A stretch of DNA of 64,000 nt from Octopus sinensis (Eukaryota). Where the stretch lies: assembly GCF_006345805.1 (NCBI RefSeq), contig NC_043005.1, positions 37,572,001-37,636,000 of the forward strand. The letters are read 5' to 3'. A program made the translations under genes and the position numbers. Positions 1 to 9,017 of this stretch are shown one piece after another. Numbering within the stretch: the stretch's first letter is position 1; each line of letters begins with the position of its first letter. The notes under the pieces were generated by a model. That model saw only the letters and a program-made list of their open reading frames with translations, was not told the DNA's origin and ran no database searches.

Positions 1-299
1 GCAAAATACTGTTTTGTAGTTATACAACAATAATGACTGTTTAACAGTAATCAGCTTTGTTTGTTATTCTTTGGAATTAAATAAATTTCATAAAAAGTAT
101 GTCTACTTGCTCTTCTGTGTCTCTTCTTCTTTCTAGCTTTGCTCTATTCATGCCACTGAGGTTGCAAAAATTATGTCGTTTTGCCTAAATCATCTTTTCC
201 AGACGCAATGACTTATAAAAATTACTGTCACTGATATAATGGCATTGGATTATTCAGTACCGTTTCTCCTTATATTATTAGATTAGTGTCCACAATCAT

Positions 300-706
300 A
301 ACTATCCTCATCAGTCATTGTGATCACCATCATCTTTATCAGCACCATTGTCATTGTCATCATCATCATCTTTAACATCAACTAAATCATTATTGTCCAT
401 CTCCTCCGTTCCCTCATCATCAGCATCATCATTGTTGTCATCATCATCAACATCTCTATCATCATCCTTCTCCTTATTGTTATCACTGCTGTTGTTGTAA
501 TCATCATCTCTGTGATTCCCTTCTTTTTTCTCGTTACCATCATCATAAGCACCGATATCATCATCATCATCATCGTCTCTCACTACAAGCAGCAGCAGCA
601 GCATTGTTGTTATTGCCATCATCGTCATTAGCATCATCATCATCATTACCATCAATACCGCCATTCCCTTCCTCCTCTTCTTTCTCTGTCTCCTCCTCCT
701 CATCAT
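300..706. repeat. Cryptic (ATC/GAT)n low-complexity tract
   Basis: Degenerate catcatcat/ttgttg runs that produce poly-D and poly-M ORFs in overlapping frames. Confidence 0.85.
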
Positions 707-1236
707 ATGGGGTATAATTTTTGCTTATATCATTACCTTAAAGATATTCACTATCTCCTTTACATAACCACCTACACATTGGTCTACAACACAGGCCATA
801 AGCAAAGTAGACTTTGGTTTGTGTTGATGTAAAAATTTATAACCTTAATAACAATGTCAGACTTCGGAGTTGTAAAAATTTGACAATATGTCATTGTGAA
901 CAAAGATTGTAAAATACATGTTTTAGACCCACAGATAGGAGTCTTTCACCATTATCATTTAATACCTTAGAGAACTGCATGTGTAGCCATACATTATAAA
1001 CCTCTCTCTTAAATCTGTGCTGGTTTGCTTATATGAAACCTCATTATTAGTGCTAGAGTTATAAAAGATGGTGCAGCAGCTAGGAATTAGTAGAGCACTG
1101 TACTAAACAGCTGAGAGTATTGTTATTGTTGAGATACAGGATGGCTTGATCAAGCAGACTGATGGTCTGTAGCATTCAAGCTATGACTATCTAGATCTTT
1201 ATATTATTATACATATATTTATGTGTGCACATGTAT

Positions 1237-1239
<3 letters not shown>

Positions 1240-1280
<41 letters not shown>

Positions 1281-1346
1281 ATATATAATATATATATATG
1301 CATGCTTATATGTATGTGTGTGTATTTATATATATACATATATATA

Positions 1347-1425
<79 letters not shown>
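1240..1425. repeat. Interrupted (TA)n microsatellite
   Basis: Directly visible. Confidence 0.97.
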
Positions 1426-1436
<11 letters not shown>

Positions 1437-1510
1437 TATATATAAGAATTTTTTGCGTAATGATATAAAAACCAAGGCTGTGTAGATATTAGGACATTTA
1501 TAGATAGACG

Positions 1511-1558
1511 GTCTTACAGCTGTTTCCAAGATATTAATTATATCCCTTCACTGGAGAC
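1511..1558 (-). other. Degenerate minimal type-I hammerhead-like motif (Penelope-type terminus)
   Basis: Reverse complement reads GTCT-CCAGTGA-A-GGGATAT-aatta-ATATCTT-G-GAAA-C-AGCT-G-TA-AGAC. The core is altered from CTGATGA. Confidence 0.55.
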
Positions 1559-1769
1559 GGTGTGAGAGGATGGTTAAGTAATAGTTAATTTAGATAGGAT
1601 ACAAAATAGAGAGTGAGATGGAGGAAAGAAACTAGATGTAAGATATGTAGGGATATTGAAGTTTTAGATCCATTTTTGGGGGCAGAATGGTATACATGTA
1701 AGATTCCAATACCTTATGAGTAAAATCCAACAGAATACACACACACACTCACTTATATGTACAGGTACA

Positions 1770-2190
1770 TGTGTGAGTGATAAGAAGTTTGCTTCCCAAC
1801 CACATTGGTCTACGTTCAATCCCACAGTGTGGAACTTTGGGCATCTTCAACTATAACCCCGGGCTGACCAAAGCGTTGTCAGTAGAGTTGGTAAACGAAA
1901 ACTCAATGAAGCTCATCACATATATATGTATACATATAAATGTGTGTATGTTTAATGTATCTTTGCCTTGACATTGCATGATAGCTGCAAATGAGCGTCA
2001 CTGTCATTTAAGCAGTGTGTTTCATTTTTGTAATCTACTGTGAAAATGTCTGGTCATTGGAAAATGTTGCTTTACTTGGAAACAGTGAGGGCTGGCAACA
2101 AGGACATCTGACCGAGGAAAAATATGCCTCACCGTTCATCCAACCCACACAAACTTGGAAGTGTGGATGTTAAAACAATGATGATAATGT
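1770..2190 (+). mobile_element. SINE family A (CORE-like head) with an RTE-like (GAT)n-ending tail, decayed
   Basis: Head ttgcttcccaaccacat...gttcaatcccacagtgtggaactttgggc matches other family A copies; ends ggatgttaaaacaatgatgataatg. Confidence 0.7.
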
Positions 2191-2439
2191 ACATATATGT
2201 GTGTGTGAGTGTGTTTCTCACTCTCTCTCTCTCTATATATATAGATAATAAAGGTGGGTATATATTATATCAGGTCTTCCCATAAATTCTGTTTGAATTT
2301 TAAATAATGAAAACAAGTGATCAAATGTTATATTTATTTGAAATTTAATCATCAATGTACTCGGTAATTTAAGCTGAGAAATAAACCAAGGAAACAATAT
2401 AATTTAGATCAACTGAATAGGGCAGTTTCAATCAAAATA

Positions 2440-3050
2440 AATGGCTAACTTTAACCATTTTACATTGAATAGAAAAGATAGGAACATGGTAATTGTTGAC
2501 TTTGCAAATGTATTCACTATTGGCTATAGGTCTGAACAATGGCAAATGCTCAGGAAATACAGTTGCCATGAGAAATTCACCTCCATGAGGGAGTCCTCAC
2601 ACAATGGAATTATAGCAAGGGTCAACAGTAATGGAGACATAGCATAATTTGCAGCAATAAACAGTGTTAAATAGGGTTTTATACTAGCAGCTGGAGTGTT
2701 CCATTTATTTTTTATATCAATGCTGCAGGCTGCCTTCTATTATCTTGGGAATGGAGTTTATATAAATTCCTGCCAAACTGCAGATCACTTCAGCATTGTG
2801 CATTTTAGAGAAAAATAATAAGACCCATTCAGATTCTTACAAAAGGAACACTGTAAACAGTTTACAATGTGTTAGGTATGCACATATCATAATACTTACG
2901 GTGGGTTGTGAATTCATTCTCCATTGTAAAAAAAAATATTTTGGTCATCTCAAAATATACATCATAAAGATAGCAGTAGTACTGCAGACCATCTCTGTCA
3001 GTACACAAAGAAAGAACCATAATTGATGGCATCAATCCAAAACTATACAA
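2440..3050 (+). mobile_element. Old RTE-clade (BovB-like) LINE relic, reverse transcriptase core
   Basis: Translates NMVIVDFANVFTIGYRSEQWQMLRKYSCHEKFTSMRESSHNGIIARVNSNGDIA*FAAINSVK*GFILAAGVFHLFF, a decayed form of the RTE RT motifs FVDLTKAFDTV..LW..LxKYGCPxKF..NGVKQGCVLAPTLF. Confidence 0.72.
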
Positions 3051-3069
3051 TATATGTATATATATATGT

Positions 3070-3260
3070 CACTAAAGCGACTAAGGGCACTAGTGAACAT
3101 CAGTATTGCTAGAAATAAGAGTTAAATCAATTCATAGCCACAAGAAGCGCTTATCTTAATGACTGACAAAGGAGGATAAGTGCTTCTTGTAGCTATGAGT
3201 TGTTTTAACTTTTATTTCTAGCAATACTGGTGCCGAATAGTGGTCTCTGTCATTTTAGTG
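3070..3260. mobile_element. Foldback MITE, about 191 bp, with 86-bp inverted arms in a TA context
   Basis: Left arm 3070-3155 (cactaaagcgac...gaagcgcttatc) is the imperfect reverse complement of 3175-3260 (gataagtgcttc...cattttagtg); 19-nt spacer. Confidence 0.85.
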
Positions 3261-3681
3261 ATGTATATATTTCTGCCTTTCAGCTGTAAAATTGCGAACA
3301 AGCCACCCTTATTATTTGTAATTTTCACTTTCACCATTCAGGAAATCAGTGTAAGTTTTCTACAATAATCTTATAAACTGACAAGGGAAATTAAGTTTAA
3401 CCCAAGGTGCAAGGTGAAAGTCACTGACGAACTTTAATACAAATGTGAAATCACTGTGATCTGGTTCTGCTCACACACACACACACACACACATATATAT
3501 GCATACATGCACACAAATATGAAATAGAAGCAGTGGTTTTGAAATAAATATTAATCATACATGCTTAATGCATATGCTTTGTTTATTTGCTGGTAGACTG
3601 CAACCTGGCATGGTGGAGATGATTCTCTCAAAGTACTGGGTGTTAAAACACCTGAAAGTCATGGACAAGTGAGAGAACCCA

Positions 3682-3719
<38 letters not shown>

Positions 3720-3722
<3 letters not shown>

Positions 3723-4035
3723 TCATTATCATCATCGTTTAATGTCCGTTTTCCATGCATGCAAGGGTAGGATGGTTGACAGGAGCTGTTCAGGTAGATG
3801 CCTACCCAAGGCTACTGTGTCTGTTTTGGCTGGATTTTTATAGCCAGATGCCCTACTAACACCAACTACTCTGTAGAGTGGACTCAGTGCTTTTTACATG
3901 GCACTAGCACAGGTGAGGTTAGTTTCAGCATGGTTTTCACAGCTGGATGCTCCTCCAAATGCCAACCACTTTACAGTGTGGACTGGATGCTTTTTACATG
4001 GCACTGGCAAGGTCACCCAGTAACTTGCAAGACAA
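3720..4035 (-). mobile_element. RTE-type LINE 3' end with (GAT)n tail
   Basis: catcatcgtttaatgtccgttttccatgc...ctggatgccc...aaccact motif recurs many times in the window (e.g. 16452, 24187-24428, 44098). Confidence 0.8.
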
Positions 4036-4109
4036 GTAATTATATATATAGGTAGATCAGTATATTGAAAAACATGCATTGATACTAACATACAAAGGAG
4101 AGCTGCACA

Positions 4110-4330
4110 GGCAAGCTCCTTTTTGTGTATCTGAAACTTTGACTATTCAACAAGCATGAATCAGGAAAATCCCAAAGCAAGACATAGTTCCAAACATAAA
4201 GGTATTAAGGTGAGTAGGCTTACCAAGTTCGGAAAGTTTCCTCACCAGGAAAAAATCTTTTGGTGGATGGGGTATGTTACGTGAATGTCTTCTGAAGGAC
4301 TGCACAAGAAAAATTTTATATTTCCAACCA
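4110..4330 (+). mobile_element. RTE (BovB-like) LINE relic, C-terminal part, probably the same element as 2440-3050
   Basis: DIVPNIKVLR*VGLPSSESFLTRK then frameshifted WWMGYVT*MSSEGLHKK resembles the RTE end (PNTEVLxRAGLPSI..LRWxGHVxRM..RLPK). Confidence 0.6.
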
Positions 4331-4714
4331 CCTGTCGAGAAGTAAAAAAAATAAATAAATAAATAAAAATAAAGCAAGAACAAAAAACGATGTGTTTGAC
4401 TTTGCCCACTATCTAAGACATTGTAAAAAGATAACTGAAAAACAAAAAAAAAGGTGTATTTAATATTCTGAACATTCAGAACACTCTCGGAAATTGTACC
4501 TGAAAGTTGGTGGCTAAATAAGATAAGATTAAAACAGTCATTATTGCTAGTGATCATTACAGAGAGAGAGAGAGAGAGAAAGAATGAGAGAGAGAAAGAA
4601 TGAGAGAGAGAAAATTCTCTATCTGTACATATGTTGCATTTATTCATGTATGCAAATAAATTAATGCATATATGTGCACACACACACACATATATATATA
4701 TATTATATATATAT

Positions 4715-4752
<38 letters not shown>

Positions 4753-6029
4753 CGTATATATATATATGTATATATATATACGTATATACATAAATGTCAC
4801 TGCTAGCATTTTCCTAGCAACATAGTTGTTCTTGACAGATAATAAATGTAAAAGAAGCTAGAATTATTGTCCTACACACAGGCATTAAAATACTTGAACT
4901 CATAACCCAGGAGTTGGTAACTCTATACATTAAACAACTGTTTGTGCCTATAAATTGACCATACATACATATATACATACATACATACACACACACATAC
5001 ACTCACATACATACATACGTACGTACATATAAATATGTATGCATTTATGACAGATGTCAAAGAGGGAGGGAGAGAGAGTAAGAGGAGAACACGAATTTTG
5101 AGTTTGGGTTGTGATGGTTGTCGAGAGGGGAAGAAAGATCTAATGCCACTGGATATAACTTCTTGTTTCTTTTTGTTTGTTTTATAAACTACTGACTCTC
5201 ACTCGCTCCCTCAACTAAATAGCATCTCTGAAAACAACATGAACAACAACAAACAATTCAGTAAAGGAACTCCAATGATTTGGAGTAATCCAATCACGTG
5301 TACTCATGTTTCTGGAATTAGGACAGCACATATCATTGGAAAAGACAGCCATCATTGTCTTCAAATATTGTGATATCCTCTCCACCCCCTCCTCTTCCTC
5401 TCCATCCTCCTCCCCTCTCTTCTTCTTTTTCTCTCGCTCTCTCTTTCTCTCTCTCATCATGCTCTCAACTACTTGTCTTTGTCTGCAATCAATCAAAAAG
5501 ATGGCCAATTATTCATTAATACATAAATCTATATAGAATCGTGGATATGTCAATCTGTCATCAGTCTAATACCATTTAACATATACATCAGATATAGCTG
5601 ACTTTTCGCTGCACTATGTAACTGTCTGTGATGATATTTATTATTACTGTTTGTTGTTGATATTTATTTTTCTTTGATGTTATTATTTTTACCTGATATC
5701 ACTCAGTTGATCACCCATCCAGCTTTGCTATAAACAATCTCTCTCTCCCTCACTTTCTTTCTCTCTCTCTGTTTCCCTCCTCGAACTCCATCTTACTAAT
5801 TTGATTCCTCTTGTAGTAGTTGAGTCTCTTAAACTGATTAGATGGTTGCAATTGAAAGAATAAATTTGGTGGCTTTGTTCATCCAGTCTACCTGGACCCA
5901 TGCCTAAATACTCACCAGACAAAACATGTATATTGCCATATCAAGATAAAATTAAATTAAAGAAAACTATTGTGTATTGTTTGTGTGGTAAGAAGTTGGC
6001 TTCTTGGCCACATGGTTTTAAATTCAGTG

Positions 6030-6395
6030 TCTTAATATATAAACAGAGAAGTGGTCTTGCCAAGCTGGAAGGGAATGTTACTTGATATGGTGTGTAGCTC
6101 AGGGATCAGGGAGTCTCTCAGGGCTGAACTGCAATTTCTCCAATTGAGAGGTTACAGCTCTGGTTTTATGGATAAGAGATGAGAATGTTGCAAGAAAGAA
6201 TCACAAGATGGATTCTTCAAGCTGAGTCAACCAGCAAGAGACCTGTAGGTAGAGCAAGAATACATTGGTTTTATAATATCCATAGTCCTTGTTGGTAGCA
6301 CTTGGATATCCAACCAGAAAGTGTAATGACAGTTATTTCTAATAGCACCCTTTGGAGGAAATATCTGAGGGCTCTGCTACTATGACCCTTCCAGG
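6030..6395 (+). mobile_element. RTE-clade LINE 3' fragment
   Basis: IERLQLWFYG*EMRMLQERITRWILQAESTSKRPVGRARIHW...VISNSTLWRKYLRALL resembles the RTE C-terminus IERSQLRWYGHVxRM..RPRGRPRxRW. Confidence 0.72.
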
Positions 6396-6455
6396 CATAC
6401 TAGGCAAAAAATTTGGATGGATGGATTGATATACATCTCTCTCTCTCTCTCTCTC

Positions 6456-6545
<90 letters not shown>

Positions 6546-6890
6546 TTGATAGGTAGATAGAAAGATAATCAGTTGTAATATCAATAAGCAATAATGTATG
6601 AAACTTTAATTCACAAAGTTAATGTCAAAGCCAATTAAAAATATATATAGATGTACATGACCACATGAGTTCAGGCAGCACAAAAATAGTGTTCAGTACA
6701 TGGTGTATTAGGAATTGTATCAGCCATAGAAAACATGTAGTTTGATGTCTTTGTACTTGTTGGATCCTGTTAAGCCATCCATGCTAGCATGGAACATAGA
6801 CATTAGATAATGATGATGGCATACATACCTACATAACACAAAAACATATATATATATGTTTAGTCTTGTAACACACAAACATAAATATAT

Positions 6891-7760
6891 GTTTAGTCTT
6901 GAAAGCCTTTTGTAACTGCTTCAGTAATTTGGTGCTGTACTTTCCACTAATAGTGTGGCTCTTTTGAAGATAGTTAATAAATACGATGCTTTTTACATCC
7001 CAAAACACTGAGATCATCACCTTCCTTGCAGATGAGAGGACTTTGGCCTTCTTTAGAACAGGTGAGGGTTGTTTTCACTGCATGGATTGTCTCTTTGTCT
7101 CTGGTACAAAATGATGAATCAAAGCCCATCCTGGGTTAGGAAAGATTCAAAGAAATCATTTGGATCTACCTCAAAGAATGCCAGACTTTCTCGCGCTGTG
7201 ATCAGCTTGGTGTGATTTTGATCAGTTGTCAGATGACATGGCACCCACCAAGCAGAAAAGTTTGTCATACCAAGTTCATTGTGTGAAATATTTTCAACTC
7301 TCTCACAGGATATGCTAGTAGCATTGGCAATTTAATCTATTGTCACTTGCTTGTCATCCATTAGTATAAGGTGAACACAACCAATGTTTTCCTCGGTGGT
7401 GGCAGTTGCAGGACATCCAGAACTTCAGTCATCTCCCAGACTCTTCCTTCCGCTCCTAAATTCAGCCGCCCACTTTTGCAGTGTTGATAAAGCTGGAGCA
7501 TCATTCCCTAATGTAACAACCATGTCAACATGAATGTCCTTGGGAGCTAAACTCTTTTTCTGATGGTATTTGAAAATTTTATCCATTTTCAAGAGAAGTC
7601 ACTACTAGTTACTTTCAAAGCCTTCTTTGAATAGTCAGATGTCTCTTTACTTGGAAAGAAAGAAAGTCGTTATCAATAAGAAGGGTTGAAATTAATGAAG
7701 AAATCACAACTCTGGCATCATTCCATAGTCAGCCTATGAACTTTTCAGCCCAACCTCATG
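6891..7760 (-). mobile_element. Mariner transposase pseudogene fragment with 5' TIR
   Basis: Minus strand gives APKDIHVDMVVTLGNDAPALSTLQKWAAEFRSGRKSLGDD, FSAWWVPCHLT (WVP motif) and MISVFWDVKSIVFINYLQKSHTISGKY, with stops and frameshifts. TIR-like end cctatgaacttttcagcccaacctc near 7733-7757. Confidence 0.9.
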
Positions 7761-7896
7761 TGTACATATATACATCAGTATTATGTAAACCTGAGATTAA
7801 TATATATACCTAATATATGATATATCTATAGCTATATATAATGTGGTGAGTGAAAGCAAAAAAGAAAGTAGTACTCAATACATTTTGTTGGAGTTA

Positions 7897-8345
7897 CTCT
7901 TTTACTCTTTTACTTGTTTCAGTCATTTGACTGCGGCCATGCTGGAGCACCGCCTTTAATCGAGCAACTCGACCCCAGGACTTATTCTTTTGTAAGCCCA
8001 GTACTTATTCTATCGGTCTCTTTTTGCCGAACCGTTAAGTAACAGGGACATAAACACACCAGCATCGGTTGTCAAGCAATGCTAGGGGGACAAACACAGA
8101 CACACAAACACACACACGCATATATATATATATATATATATATGTATACATATATACAACGGGCTTCTTTCAGTTTCCGTCTACCAAATCCACTCACAAG
8201 GCTTTGGTCGGCCCGAGGCTATAGTAGAAGACACTTGCCCAAGGTGCCATGCAGTGGGACTGAACCCAGAACCATGTGGTTAGTAGACAAGCTACTTACC
8301 ACACAGCCACTCCTGCGCCTACCACACAGCCACTCCTGCACCTAG
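7897..8345 (-). mobile_element. Full-length, well-preserved SINE family A copy
   Basis: Minus strand has a tRNA-like head (aggcgcaggagtggctgtgtggtaag...ggttctgggttcagtccc), CORE-like gcaccttgggcaagtgtcttc, an internal (TA)/(TG) run and a tail ending gaaacaagtaaaagagtaaaagag. Flanked by an 82-bp direct repeat. Confidence 0.92.
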
Positions 8346-8517
8346 ATATGATATATCTATAGCTATATATAATGTGGTGAGTGAAAACAAAAAAGAAAGT
8401 AGTACTCAATACATTTTGTTGGAGTTATGTATATTTAATAACAATTTGACTCAGTTCCACATTATTTTAAGTTTCGTGGGTGTAAGATACATCCATCTGT
8501 TAAACTGTTTAAAAAAT

Positions 8518-8558
<41 letters not shown>

Positions 8559-8976
8559 TATCTATGTGTGTGTGTATGGAAACACATACAAAAACATATA
8601 CGTTTCTAGTCTTTTGCGAACTCTATAATTTCCATTAATAAATAAAAATAGCAGCAATATTTTTCAAACAGAAAATGTGAAACTTGCACCCACACACATA
8701 CTCACAAACATATTTACACACACACACACACATATGTCATTGCTGTGGGTGTTTTGCTTGACTAAATTAAGGTGTTATATTGGGAGTAGAATAAGAAAAT
8801 CACCAACTCAAAATCAATAGAACTGCACTAAGTAATTACTGTTTTATAAAGCCTTTTACGTTTTTTTTTTTAAATCTAAATTCGATTTCTTTTCTATTTC
8901 ATTATTTTGAAATATTTATTTATTTATATAGCTTTTTGTATTTCGTTACTTTTTGGGGTTGTCTTTACTTTACTTT

Positions 8977-9017
<41 letters not shown>

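Noticed and set aside
311-706. 131-aa Asp-rich ORF with an apparent hydrophobic leader, superficially like an acidic biomineral protein
   Set aside because: It arises from a cryptic (GAT)n tract that is open in more than one frame. Similar tracts (15492-15917, 31700-32100) are scattered through the window, and I see no splice or codon evidence.
3284-3356. Exon-like signals: tttcAG at 3283, a second ttcAG at 3341 (9-nt microexon GAAATCAGT) and GTAAGT at 3351
   Set aside because: They lie between two parts of the decayed RTE relic, the peptide is unrecognisable, and the phase does not fit the Sushi exon. Only junction reads could rescue them.
4147-4809. 220-aa minus-strand ORF
   Set aside because: It is built from (TA)n, (GA)n and the antisense of a LINE relic; no domain is recognisable.
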